64,000 bases of DNA from Candidatus Saccharimonadota bacterium (GTDB taxonomy: Bacteria; Patescibacteriota; Saccharimonadia; Saccharimonadales; UBA10212). This document shows, one piece after another, positions 37,084 to 46,073 of this stretch (its first letter is position 1; every line of letters starts with the position of its first letter). Under the pieces are notes generated by a model that saw nothing but the letters and a program-made list of their open reading frames with translations, was not told the DNA's origin and did not search any database. The stretch lies in the NCBI GenBank assembly GCA_022841445.1, contig JALHRM010000004.1, positions 11,429 to 75,428 on the forward strand, given 5' to 3'. The position numbers and the translations under genes were made by a program.

Positions 37084-38001
37084 CTACAAGCCCACAACGG
37101 CTTTGCCGGAACTGTTAAATGTATCGAGTTTTGCCTCTACGACAGCCTGCACGGAATCAATGACATCATCCATAAGTTTTACGACGGCATACTCAGTTTT
37201 ATTTTCAGCCAGCACCTTCTCAAGCGTATCCCTATACGCACGGCGCATATCACTGTTAATATTTATCTTCGTCACGCCAATCTTAACAGCCTCGACAAAG
37301 TAGTGTCCGGGCGTACCGCTCCCACCGTGTAAGCTGATGTTGCAGCCGATAGATTCTCTTATTCGGGCGAGCAGCTCAAGGTCTAGTACTTTCGGCACAG
37401 GGTAACTGCCATGCAGATTACCAACTGCAGCTGCAAATGTATCTATCCCGGTGGCCTCGACAAAAGCCTTCGCGCCCTCTGGTGTGCTAAAGGTTTTCTT
37501 TATCTCATCATAGTCAATGGCTTCGGTGTGCACATTACTACTACCGCCAAAATAATGCGGCTCGCTTTCAACCAACGCGCCAGTTAGCTTGGCATACTCA
37601 ACAATTTCCTTGGTATGAGCGATGATGTCTTCTTCCGTGGCTTTATGATCAGCCTGGGAAATATCAATATGTATAAATTCATACCCAGCCTCGATTCCAG
37701 CTTTGGCGGCCTCAACCGAAGGACTATGGTCAAGATTAATGTACATTTCGATACCATATTCTTGCTTGTAGTTTTCGACCATATCGCGCACATTATCGAG
37801 CCCCATAGCTTCGACTTCACCCTGGCTTACCTCAACCATAAGCGGTGCGTTTTTGGCTTTAGCGGCGCGTGCGACCGCAATCAACGTTTCCTGGTTATCT
37901 AGGTTAAAAGCACCGAGGGCGTAATGGCCAGTCCGCGCCCGTTCAATAGACTCTCTAGCTTTTTTACAATTTGTGCGTATTTGTTCTAGTGTTAATGGCA
38001 T
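37084..38001 (-). CDS. fba: class II fructose-bisphosphate aldolase
   Basis: 305 aa. Class II aldolase blocks YALGAFN, NLDHS, LHGGSGT and KININSD. Confidence 0.9.
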   Translation of the reverse strand: MPLTLEQIRTNCKKARESIERARTGHYALGAFNLDNQETLIAVARAAKAKNAPLMVEVSQGEVEAMGLDNVRDMVENYKQEYGIEMYINLDHSPSVEAAKAGIEAGYEFIHIDISQADHKATEEDIIAHTKEIVEYAKLTGALVESEPHYFGGSSNVHTEAIDYDEIKKTFSTPEGAKAFVEATGIDTFAAAVGNLHGSYPVPKVLDLELLARIRESIGCNISLHGGSGTPGHYFVEAVKIGVTKININSDMRRAYRDTLEKVLAENKTEYAVVKLMDDVIDSVQAVVEAKLDTFNSSGKAVVGL

Positions 38002-38009
38002 CTTTCCAC

Positions 38010-38996
38010 CTATTTATGATTTGTTTCTAGCATATGTACAGCTGCAAGGCGTATGTTCTTGGCGGTGAGACCAAAATGTTCTAGTAGTTCGGCTGGCTGG
38101 CCCGATTCTCCAAAACGATCTTTTATACCCATCCTGAGTAACGGAGTTGGCGCATGTTCACCGAGCAGTTCAGCGACGGCACTTCCCAATCCACCATTAA
38201 TTTGTGCTTCTTCAATAGTGATAACATGTTTCGTCTTACGCACACTATGTAGCAACGTTACACCGTCAAGTGGCTTAATTGTGGGAACATGGACGACTTC
38301 GGCATCAATGCCGTCCTTGAACAGCATTTCAGCAGCCATGAGGGCCTGGTAGGTCATCGTTCCAGTAGCAACAAGTGTTATGTCATCGCCTTTCGCGAAT
38401 ACGTAGGCTTTGCCTATTTCAAACGGCGTGTGCGTTGTCGTTACAATCGGTGAGCTGTCACGGGCAACCCGTAGATAATTCGCCTGGGGGTGGTTGGCCA
38501 TAGCAAGCGTCGCTTTTTCGGCCTCGACGCTATCGCACGGCACGATTACAGCCATGTTCGGCAGTGCTCGCATAAGTGCTATGTCTTCCAGCATCTGATG
38601 TGTTGCGCCGTCTGGCCCGGTATATAGCCCGGCATGACTGCCAATAACTTTTACAGGCCGCTGGTTAATACAGGCTGTGGTCTTGATCTGTTCCCAGTTA
38701 CGCCCAGGACTAAACGCCGCGTAGCTACTAATGAATGGAATCTTTCCCATAGCAGCCAGCCCGGCACCAACTGTCGCTAGGTTCTGCTCGGCAATGCCGA
38801 CTTCGATGAATCGTTCCGGAAATTCCTTGGCAAATAAATGGATCTGCGTAGACTCGGTCAGGTCGGCGCATAGTGCTACGACATTTGAATTACGCTTTCC
38901 TGCTTCGAGCAACCCTCGCCCAAAGCCTTTACGGATCGGCTCTGAAGTAACATCTTTTTTATATAAATCTTCAGCTAAATGCATACTAGAACTCAT
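38010..38996 (-). CDS. transketolase, C-terminal (pyrimidine-binding) subunit
   Basis: 328 aa. FIEVGIAEQN and HAGLYTGPDGATHQ blocks plus the transketolase C-terminal domain. 4-nt overlap with the N-terminal subunit gene. Confidence 0.9.
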   Translation of the reverse strand: MSSSMHLAEDLYKKDVTSEPIRKGFGRGLLEAGKRNSNVVALCADLTESTQIHLFAKEFPERFIEVGIAEQNLATVGAGLAAMGKIPFISSYAAFSPGRNWEQIKTTACINQRPVKVIGSHAGLYTGPDGATHQMLEDIALMRALPNMAVIVPCDSVEAEKATLAMANHPQANYLRVARDSSPIVTTTHTPFEIGKAYVFAKGDDITLVATGTMTYQALMAAEMLFKDGIDAEVVHVPTIKPLDGVTLLHSVRKTKHVITIEEAQINGGLGSAVAELLGEHAPTPLLRMGIKDRFGESGQPAELLEHFGLTAKNIRLAAVHMLETNHK

Positions 38997-39880
38997 TCGT
39001 GATCTCCAGTAATTTTGCCCTTGAGACTTCGTAGTTCACGCAGTGCTACCGCTGCCTGGTCATGCTTAGGTGGCGCGCCAGCGACATCGGCAATCCCGAC
39101 AGCAATACCATGCCAATGATAGTCATATTCCATGTAATCAACGCCCTTGCCAGGTATTGTGTGGGCAATAATAACAACTGGTTTTTCGACAATCGCCCGC
39201 GCCATAGCACAAGCATCAATGAACGCCTCAATGTTATGTCCATCAATCTCGATGACGTGCCATCCAAATGATTCCCATTTGCCCTTCAAGTCTTCTAACG
39301 GCATAACGTACTCGGTCGTACCGTCTATTTGAATGTTGTTACGATCAACAATACCGATGACATTGCTAAGCTTGTACTTGGCCACCAGCATGGCTGATTC
39401 CCAAATATTGCCTTCGTTCAGCTCGCCATCGCCCATCATGCAGTATATCCAGCGGTGAGACTGCTGATCCATCTTCATGGCCAGCGCCATACCGGCAGCT
39501 TGACCAAGCCCCTCACCGAGCGGCCCGCTGGTAGTTTCTAGACCAGGAAGGCTCGTTCGTTCAGGGTGCCCTTGTAAACGGCTACCAAAACGGCGAAGCG
39601 TCATCAGTTCTTTTTTATCAAAATAACCGGCATGCGCCATAACCGCATAAAGCACCGGCGCACAGTGACCGTTGCTCATAATAAACAAATCACGCTCATC
39701 CCAATCCGGTTTTTTGGGATCATGCTTTAAGACATCGAAGTAAAGCGCCGTCATCATGTCGGCCAGATCAAGTGGCCCAGCACTATGCCCGTTACCGGCG
39801 TGTTCCAGCATCTTTATGATGTCAATACGAACATCGTAGGCTTTTTTCTCTAGCTCTTTTATGCTCATTTTTTTCACCAT
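38993..39880 (-). CDS. transketolase, N-terminal (thiamine-diphosphate-binding) subunit
   Basis: 295 aa. GHSAGPL, SNGHCAPVLYAV and the TPP motif GDGELNEGNIWE. Confidence 0.9.
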   Translation of the reverse strand: MVKKMSIKELEKKAYDVRIDIIKMLEHAGNGHSAGPLDLADMMTALYFDVLKHDPKKPDWDERDLFIMSNGHCAPVLYAVMAHAGYFDKKELMTLRRFGSRLQGHPERTSLPGLETTSGPLGEGLGQAAGMALAMKMDQQSHRWIYCMMGDGELNEGNIWESAMLVAKYKLSNVIGIVDRNNIQIDGTTEYVMPLEDLKGKWESFGWHVIEIDGHNIEAFIDACAMARAIVEKPVVIIAHTIPGKGVDYMEYDYHWHGIAVGIADVAGAPPKHDQAAVALRELRSLKGKITGDHE

Positions 39881-39890
39881 TACGCTAATG

Positions 39891-39896
39891 ATTATA
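39891..39896 (-). promoter_or_regulatory. consensus -10 TATAAT 10 nt upstream of the transketolase N-subunit ATG (internal promoter of the sugar-phosphate cluster)
   Basis: The minus strand reads TATAAT-cattagcgta-ATG(39880). Confidence 0.4.
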
Positions 39897-39924
39897 CCTG
39901 TTTGTTATCGTTTTCACAGCAACT

Positions 39925-40560
39925 TCAAGAAAGCGCCAAAAGTTGATGGAGGGTCTCATAAGCAGTCGATGGACTCTCGGCGTTATGAATATATCCACCA
40001 ACATTCACGACATCAACACCACCGTCAACAAGTTTTTTTATGTTTTTATCATTTACGCCACCATCCCACCCTATTTCTATTGATGGTTTTTTTTCTTTAA
40101 GGACGGCCGCTTTTTTTATAAGTTTCATGTCGGCTTTACTGCCACCCTGATACCCCAAATTGCCGCTAAAAACGAGGACGTGGTCTATGAATCCGAGTGC
40201 TCCAAAAATGGCGTCGGCGGGTGTTGCGGGTAGAAGCGCTACACCGACTTTCACTCCCTGTTGTTTGCAGGAGGTGACTATTGAGCGAAAGTCACCATCC
40301 GATTCAGCATGGATGATGATCATGTGCGGCAGGTGAGCAAGAACATCATTTAAGATTGTTTCTGGGACCTGATACATGATGTGGATGTCGGCTTTTACGC
40401 CAGCTGGCCACCACATACTTTCAGGAGAATTCGACGTAGTGGGCGCAAACCGACCGTCCATTAGGTCGATATGCACCCGATGCCCAAAATGCCCAACCAA
40501 CTCCATTTGTTGATCAAAATTGTTGTCGATTGCAGTAACGGTTGGGCAAATATCAGCCAT
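39925..40560 (-). CDS. rpe: ribulose-phosphate 3-epimerase
   Basis: 211 aa TIM-barrel with the HIDLMDGRFAP block and IIHAES and GWDGGVN segments typical of Rpe. Confidence 0.85.
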   Translation of the reverse strand: MADICPTVTAIDNNFDQQMELVGHFGHRVHIDLMDGRFAPTTSNSPESMWWPAGVKADIHIMYQVPETILNDVLAHLPHMIIIHAESDGDFRSIVTSCKQQGVKVGVALLPATPADAIFGALGFIDHVLVFSGNLGYQGGSKADMKLIKKAAVLKEKKPSIEIGWDGGVNDKNIKKLVDGGVDVVNVGGYIHNAESPSTAYETLHQLLALS

Positions 40561-41053
40561 TGTTACCAGTATCTATTTTTTGTATTCGCCGAACGTGACG
40601 CTCTTCACCACTGAACGGTGTTTTGAGCCAGAGCAGCACGGCCTGCTCTAATGATTCCTGATTAACAAAACGAGCGCCGAAACTTATCATATTAGCGTCA
40701 TTATGCTGCCGGCTCAGTCGAAGAATTTCAAAAAAATCAGTCGCTTGAGTGCCACCTGTATCCAGTGGAGCGACAGCATGAGCCGGCCCGTAGTATACCG
40801 CGCAGCGCACCCCGCGCACTCGGTTCGCCACCATTGCTTCGCCCTGACCACTCCCGCCCATAATAATCCCTCGCTCGCATTCACCACTCGCGACGGCTTC
40901 AGCAGCCGGTCGTATGAAATCCGGGTAGTCATCATCACTGTTCATTTCAGTAGGCGCAAATGACTTGCATCGATAGCCATTTAATTCTAAAAACTCAGCT
41001 AGCTTTCTTACTGCATCAAAGCCGGCATGATCGGTACTAAGTGCTACGGTCAT
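40553..41053 (-). CDS. rpiB: ribose-5-phosphate isomerase B
   Basis: 166 aa in the RpiB/LacA family: STDHAGF, GIIMGGSGQGEAMVANR, RLSRQHNDANM. Confidence 0.9.
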   Translation of the reverse strand: MTVALSTDHAGFDAVRKLAEFLELNGYRCKSFAPTEMNSDDDYPDFIRPAAEAVASGECERGIIMGGSGQGEAMVANRVRGVRCAVYYGPAHAVAPLDTGGTQATDFFEILRLSRQHNDANMISFGARFVNQESLEQAVLLWLKTPFSGEERHVRRIQKIDTGNNG

Positions 41054-41060
41054 AGCTATG

Positions 41061-42089
41061 TTACTTTCCTTTTACTGATTTACCGAGCAATGTCCCAGCA
41101 TCAGCCACTACTTCAACCAGTCTATTGCTGTAGCCCCACTCGTTGTCATACCACGCTACCACTTTGAGCATATTGTCACCCACTACATTGGTAAGTTTTA
41201 GATCAACTGTGGCCGAGTGACTGTTGCCGATAAAGTCACTGCTTACTAATTCTTCTTCTGTTACGTCAACTATTCCTTGATAGTAAGCCTCTTTTGCAGC
41301 TTTTTTGAATACCTCATTCACCGCTTCAACGGTTACCGGTTTTTTGGTGATGATAACGAAATCGCTAAGACTTACCACTGGGGTTGGTACGCGGATACTC
41401 AGACCACCGAAAATACCCTTTAAGGCAGGCAGCGCTTCTCCGGCGGCAATACTGGCGCCGGTAGTAGTCGGCACAATATTGGTGGCAGCATTTCTCGCTT
41501 CACGCAAGTCCTTAGCCGGTGCATCTTGTAGGCGCTGACTGGCAGTATAGCTATGGATGGTTGTCATCATAGCTTTCTCAATGCCAAAATGCTGCTCAAT
41601 GATGGCGGCTACTGGCGTAATACAGTTGGTTGTGCAGCTCGCGTTACTGATAACATCACTACCACCATCAAGCGCGTCTTCGTTGACGCCCAGCACGATT
41701 GTGGTTGCCCCTTCGCCCTTCGCTGGCGCCGAGATAACAACCCGCTTCGCACCCGCATCTATATGTGCTCGGGCTTTTGCTGGGTCCACAAAAAAGCCAG
41801 TTGATTCAATAACAACATCAATATCATGCTGCTTCCAGGGAAGAGCTGCCGGATCTTTCTCCGCAAATATTCGTATCTTATGCCCATCAACAATGACATG
41901 TTGGTCGTCATAATTTACTTCGTGCCCGTATGTTCCGTAACTGCTGTCATGCTTCAGTAAATGCGCCAGTGTACGAGTGTCGGTCAAGTCATTTACCGCT
42001 ACAATTTCCATATCACTCCGCTCAAACGCAACTTTAAAAGCATTGCGCCCAATTCTGCCAAATCCATTGATAGCTACCCTGGTCTTCAC
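41061..42089 (-). CDS. gap: type I glyceraldehyde-3-phosphate dehydrogenase
   Basis: INGFGRIGR NAD-binding motif and catalytic SNASCTTNC. GTG 42089 gives the canonical N-terminus (M)KTRVAINGFGRIGR and follows AAGGGGGA. The ORF track starts 7 codons earlier at GTG 42110. Confidence 0.93.
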   Translation of the reverse strand: MKTRVAINGFGRIGRNAFKVAFERSDMEIVAVNDLTDTRTLAHLLKHDSSYGTYGHEVNYDDQHVIVDGHKIRIFAEKDPAALPWKQHDIDVVIESTGFFVDPAKARAHIDAGAKRVVISAPAKGEGATTIVLGVNEDALDGGSDVISNASCTTNCITPVAAIIEQHFGIEKAMMTTIHSYTASQRLQDAPAKDLREARNAATNIVPTTTGASIAAGEALPALKGIFGGLSIRVPTPVVSLSDFVIITKKPVTVEAVNEVFKKAAKEAYYQGIVDVTEEELVSSDFIGNSHSATVDLKLTNVVGDNMLKVVAWYDNEWGYSNRLVEVVADAGTLLGKSVKGK

Positions 42090-42189
42090 ATTTCCCCCTT
42101 GTTTTGTCACATCAAAAGCACTTGTGGTTAATTCATATTGTACGAAGAGCTGGGGCTATCCGCAACTCCCATTTTTGCCCGGAGCTAGC

Positions 42190-42195
42190 TATACT
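42190..42195 (+). promoter_or_regulatory. -10 TATACT abutting rel ATG 42196 and 6 nt upstream of ATG 42202
   Basis: TATACT-ATGTTC-ATG. If this box is used, the leaderless start would be 42202. Confidence 0.35.
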
Positions 42196-43671
42196 ATGTT
42201 CATGAAAGCTCGACAACTTATTGATCTTGCAGCCGAGCACTATGCTGAGCGCGATGTGGAGCGCATTAAACAAGCCGTGCAGTTCAGTACAAAAGCCCAC
42301 GAAGGTCAGATGCGTGCCAGTGGTGATCCCTACATACAACACTGCTTCAAAGTCGCCGAAACGCTTATTGATTGGCGTTTGGACAGCAACTCAGTGATTG
42401 CCGGACTTCTTCATGATAGTGTCGAAGATAGTGGCGTAAGCTTACTGAGCTTAGAGGAGCTGTTTGGCAAAGACGTTGCCTTTTTAGTCGACGGGGTTAC
42501 AAAGGTCGGTGTAGCACGAGCAGGCATGGCCGACATCAGTACATACTTGCCGCAAACACGCGACAACTTAAGCAAATTACTGGTGGCTGTTAGCCATGAT
42601 TTGCGCGTTCTGCTTATTAAACTAGCTGACCGTTTGCATAATCTACAAACCTTGCAGTACTTGTCACCCGCTAAACAACGTAAGATTGCCCGCGAATCGC
42701 TTGAAGTTTTTGCTCCGCTCGCTGACCGCCTGGGTATCGGTCGCCTGCGTCTTCAGATAGAAGAACTTGCTTATGCTTACGTTGACCCAGCAGAGTATTC
42801 TAGGTTAAAAAAACTGATCAAAAAACGGCTCGGCAAGTCACACCGCAAGCTGGCCAAGACCCGTCAAGAAGTCGAGAAAACCCTCACCGACACCGGCATT
42901 CCCCATACTATGGACGGCCGTATCAAAAGTGTTTACAGCCTTCACAAAAAACTACGTAAGGTAAACGGCGACATCGAACGTGTTTATGATCTTATTGCTC
43001 TTCGCATTATCGTAGAAAACAAAAATCAATGTTACCAGGTGCTTGGCATCCTTCATGGTCTGTATCAGCCGATGCTCACCAAGATCAAAGATTACATCGC
43101 TGCACCAAAACCAAATGGCTACCAGAGCCTGCATACGACCGTACTCACCCCAGAAGAACAGATTGTCGAATTTCAAATCCGTACTCAAACTATGCACGAA
43201 CGAGCTGAGCGTGGTTTAGCAGCCAGCTTTTATTACAATGAACAAAAAGTAACCAACAATTACGTTGACCGGAGTGCTTCGGAATTACCTCGCAATTTAC
43301 AGTGGATCACCAAGTTGCAGATGCTGACCGACCGACTGCAGAGCGGGGAGCGCTTAAAAGGTGGTGAACTCGCTGTTGATCTGTTTGCGGACCGTATTTT
43401 CGTCTATAGCCCAAAGGGCGATATTTTCGACCTGCCAGAAGGCAGCTACCCGCTCGATTTTGCCTTTGCTGTTCATTCCGACATCGCCGTACATGCGTTC
43501 GCAGTTCGCATCAACGGAAAAATTGCACCATTCAATCGAAAATTACAGAACGGCGACATCATTCAAGTGGAAACAAAACGGACTTCCAACCCTAAATCTG
43601 ACTGGCTCAACTGGGCAAAAACAGCACGGGCGCGTCAAAAAATCCGTCAATTCCTGGCTAAACAGCCCTAA
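42196..43671 (+). CDS. rel: bifunctional (p)ppGpp synthetase/hydrolase Rel, short form (HD + synthetase + TGS only)
   Basis: HD hydrolase motif (LLHDSVEDSG). RelA/SpoT synthetase blocks (YDLIALRIIV, GYQSLHTTV, EFQIRTQTMHERAE). The TGS domain (GDIFDLPEGSYPLDFAFAVHSDI...GDIIQVET) ends the protein. The ORF-track N-terminus (41977) is antisense read-through of gap. The start is ATG 42196 or 42202. Confidence 0.88.
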   Translation: MFMKARQLIDLAAEHYAERDVERIKQAVQFSTKAHEGQMRASGDPYIQHCFKVAETLIDWRLDSNSVIAGLLHDSVEDSGVSLLSLEELFGKDVAFLVDGVTKVGVARAGMADISTYLPQTRDNLSKLLVAVSHDLRVLLIKLADRLHNLQTLQYLSPAKQRKIARESLEVFAPLADRLGIGRLRLQIEELAYAYVDPAEYSRLKKLIKKRLGKSHRKLAKTRQEVEKTLTDTGIPHTMDGRIKSVYSLHKKLRKVNGDIERVYDLIALRIIVENKNQCYQVLGILHGLYQPMLTKIKDYIAAPKPNGYQSLHTTVLTPEEQIVEFQIRTQTMHERAERGLAASFYYNEQKVTNNYVDRSASELPRNLQWITKLQMLTDRLQSGERLKGGELAVDLFADRIFVYSPKGDIFDLPEGSYPLDFAFAVHSDIAVHAFAVRINGKIAPFNRKLQNGDIIQVETKRTSNPKSDWLNWAKTARARQKIRQFLAKQP

Positions 43672-43673
43672 GT

Positions 43674-44201
43674 CTACTTAGATTTATATCTATCAATACA
43701 TTCTTCAATGACACTCAGGGCATTCTGCTTATCGCCAAAACCGAGCACTTTGGTGCTACCTGGTTTTTTGAGGTCTTTGTAGTGAGTAAAGTGATGTTCG
43801 ATTTGTTTTTGCCACTGCGTTCCAAGATCATCCAAAGTCTGGATTCTTTCGCCATTGTCTCGGTCGTCGGCTGGCACACAGATTACTTTGTGATCCATCT
43901 CACCGTCATCTTCAAAATTAAGGACACCGATAATTCTTGCTTTCACCAGCAGTCCTGTTGGCAACGGCTCACTAGCCACAATAAGGGTATCGAGTTCGTC
44001 GCCATCATCGTCAAGCGTCCCTGGGATGAAACCGTAATTGCAGGGTTTTGCAAAAATTTGCGGCTCAAAACGATCCAGCTCAAATATTGCCAAATCACGT
44101 CGGTATTCGATTTTTAGACGCGACCCCTGGCTTATCTCAACAACAGTATTAATGTAGTCTGGCAACTCTCCGGGCGTCAAAAGCTTGTTGTAGTCAGTCA
44201 T
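43674..44201 (-). CDS. ppa: family I inorganic pyrophosphatase
   Basis: 175 aa. IEISQGSRLKIEY, DDDGDELDTLIV and the downstream acidic cluster are typical of soluble PPase. GGAGA SD. Confidence 0.93.
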   Translation of the reverse strand: MTDYNKLLTPGELPDYINTVVEISQGSRLKIEYRRDLAIFELDRFEPQIFAKPCNYGFIPGTLDDDGDELDTLIVASEPLPTGLLVKARIIGVLNFEDDGEMDHKVICVPADDRDNGERIQTLDDLGTQWQKQIEHHFTHYKDLKKPGSTKVLGFGDKQNALSVIEECIDRYKSK

Positions 44202-44280
44202 TTTTTCTCCTTATTCAGAGCATATTGTACACTAGGGCGTAGTCTTACGTCAGCAGTCTTACACGTTAACGAAAAGAAGT

Positions 44281-44877
44281 ATGAAATCATTTGTATCTTT
44301 GTTTAAACCGACGGCAGTGGTTGCCGACGTTACTGGCATATCAGTTGAATGGCTCCGAGATTGTGGCGTTACATCAGTCGGCTTTGATCTCGACCGCACC
44401 ATAATTGGTCACTCTGAGGAAAAAATCCCAACTCAGTTTCTGGATCATCTACGTACTCTGCAACAGGCGTCGTTTACAATCATTATCATAAGTAATGTAC
44501 ATACCAAGCAGCGCCGAGCAAGGTTTGATAAGATAATTCGCGAAGTACTCGCTCGCGGTATTTCGGGGGTAATCGCTGTAACACCTGAAGATGTTGGCGG
44601 CAAAGCAAAACCATCAAGTGCACCATTTGAACTAGCTGCTGAGCGAAGTAATACCAGCCCGTCGGCCATGGCATATGTGGGGGACCAGCTCCTAAAAGAC
44701 GTATACGGCGCTGCAAAGGCAGGTTACACAACAACAGTACTGGTGCGACCATATGGCAAGAATGATAATTTGGCCGTGCGTTACTTGCAACGTCCCACGA
44801 TAGATTTATTTTTCAGACTCTATCACCGCCTGCCAATCCGAAAAAATGCCTACCCCAGACGGATCAAGACGTTATGA
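44281..44877 (+). CDS. HAD-superfamily phosphatase (YqeG-like, subfamily IIIA)
   Basis: 198 aa. Motif I FDLDRTI, motif II IISN, and motif III/IV K...GDQLLKDV. Confidence 0.75.
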   Translation: MKSFVSLFKPTAVVADVTGISVEWLRDCGVTSVGFDLDRTIIGHSEEKIPTQFLDHLRTLQQASFTIIIISNVHTKQRRARFDKIIREVLARGISGVIAVTPEDVGGKAKPSSAPFELAAERSNTSPSAMAYVGDQLLKDVYGAAKAGYTTTVLVRPYGKNDNLAVRYLQRPTIDLFFRLYHRLPIRKNAYPRRIKTL

Positions 44878-45560
44878 AAATTGTACTTTGGAATGTACTG
44901 CGTGATGCTTCGGTGAATGATATTTTTACAGGCATTGAGCGTATCGAAAGGGAGCATAATGGCATAGATCTACTATGCCTATGCGAAGTAACTGATGAAC
45001 TATTAGAACTCCTAAAGACGAATGGCTTTAAAACTTTTTTTCAACCCCGAGGTGACACTAGCGGTGGACTACTTGTAGCTGCTCGAGCAAGCTTACCTAC
45101 CATCAAAGCCATCCAGCTCTCTAAAAAGCGTTACCGTTACGGGCTTCACACTTCCGAGGTACTGCTTGCAAATATCAGTGCTGCCGAACCTTTTACACTG
45201 GCATTTACGCATCTAACATACAATCGCCCGAGTCGTTGGATTCAGCGCGCGCGCGAGCAGAAAATGTTACTCTCAGCACTGCCGCGCACAAATTGCGTGC
45301 TTATTGGTGATTTGAATACTTACCCGATTGAATTGCCCATTCCGTCTATTATTTCAAAACTGAAGCGAATTGGCTTTATGCCTTTGGTAAAGGGGCCTAC
45401 GTGGCACAGTCTTGCTAAACGACCGATTGGTTTTGCCCATATGCAGCTTGATCATGTCCTAGGAACTAAAGACGTGCAGCGCAAAATGAACGCTCAGATT
45501 TTGGATTTTCACTTGCCTTCAGATCATAGTCCAATTGTAGTTACCGTAGTTGCTTCATAG
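44874..45560 (+). CDS. endonuclease/exonuclease/phosphatase (EEP) family protein
   Basis: 228 aa. N-terminal LWNV, CLCEV, GDLN and C-terminal SDHSPIVV catalytic blocks. ATGA overlap with the HAD gene. Confidence 0.75.
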   Translation: MKIVLWNVLRDASVNDIFTGIERIEREHNGIDLLCLCEVTDELLELLKTNGFKTFFQPRGDTSGGLLVAARASLPTIKAIQLSKKRYRYGLHTSEVLLANISAAEPFTLAFTHLTYNRPSRWIQRAREQKMLLSALPRTNCVLIGDLNTYPIELPIPSIISKLKRIGFMPLVKGPTWHSLAKRPIGFAHMQLDHVLGTKDVQRKMNAQILDFHLPSDHSPIVVTVVAS

Positions 45561-45578
45561 TAAAAACGATCGACATGT

Positions 45579-46025
45579 TCATTTTTCAATGGTTTGATTA
45601 GATAAATATGCCACTGTATCTAAGTAGTCATTACGCTTTTTTAACGGTATGGCGCTCAACCATTTACTAAGGCCTCGACGTATTTCGGCCTCAACAAGCG
45701 CGAGCGCATCTGATCCTTTGTTGGTTATCACAGTTGTATTTGCCCGCCTGTCTTCGCGACTATGGCGTTGATCGACCATTTCTAGTCGGAGAAGTGTCTT
45801 AAGCAGTGCGGTGATATGCGGTAATCCCACCCCCAACTCCTCAGATAATTGGCTATTGCTACACCCCGCAACTCCACTTTCTTGAATCAGTGACAAGGCC
45901 AACCATTCACTTTTGGTGAGTTCCTGCTTATCCAGAACTTTTTGTACAACTGTCGTCAGATTGCGCTCTGCGCGCATGTGCGTCAAACAAGCCCGAAATG
46001 CATGTAGCTGCGACTTCCCACCCAT
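45579..46025 (-). CDS. MarR-family transcriptional regulator
   Basis: 148 aa. Winged-HTH region (LTKSEWLALSLIQESG...NSQLSEELGVGLPHITALLKTLLRLEMVDQRHSREDRR). Cysteines at ACLTH and AGCSN. Last gene of the trxB unit. Confidence 0.8.
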   Translation of the reverse strand: MGGKSQLHAFRACLTHMRAERNLTTVVQKVLDKQELTKSEWLALSLIQESGVAGCSNSQLSEELGVGLPHITALLKTLLRLEMVDQRHSREDRRANTTVITNKGSDALALVEAEIRRGLSKWLSAIPLKKRNDYLDTVAYLSNQTIEK

Positions 46026-46032
46026 ACTAGTA

Positions 46033-46041
46033 ATGGTAGCA
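46033..46041 (-). promoter_or_regulatory. extended -10-like TGCTACCAT 7 nt upstream of marR ATG
   Basis: The minus strand reads TGCTACCAT-tactagt-ATG(46025). Confidence 0.3.
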
Positions 46042-46073
46042 AACTTGCGCCATTACTGCTTATTAAGCTATGT

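Noticed and set aside
41977-42195. N-terminal 73-codon extension of the rel ORF in the ORF track. Similar extensions occur for plsC at 13565, galU paralog 2 at 28535, the YtxH-like gene at 26461 and trmH at 20181.
   Set aside because: The extensions run antisense through neighbouring genes or add non-homologous residues upstream of canonical N-termini. Internal ATGs with promoter or SD context fit better.
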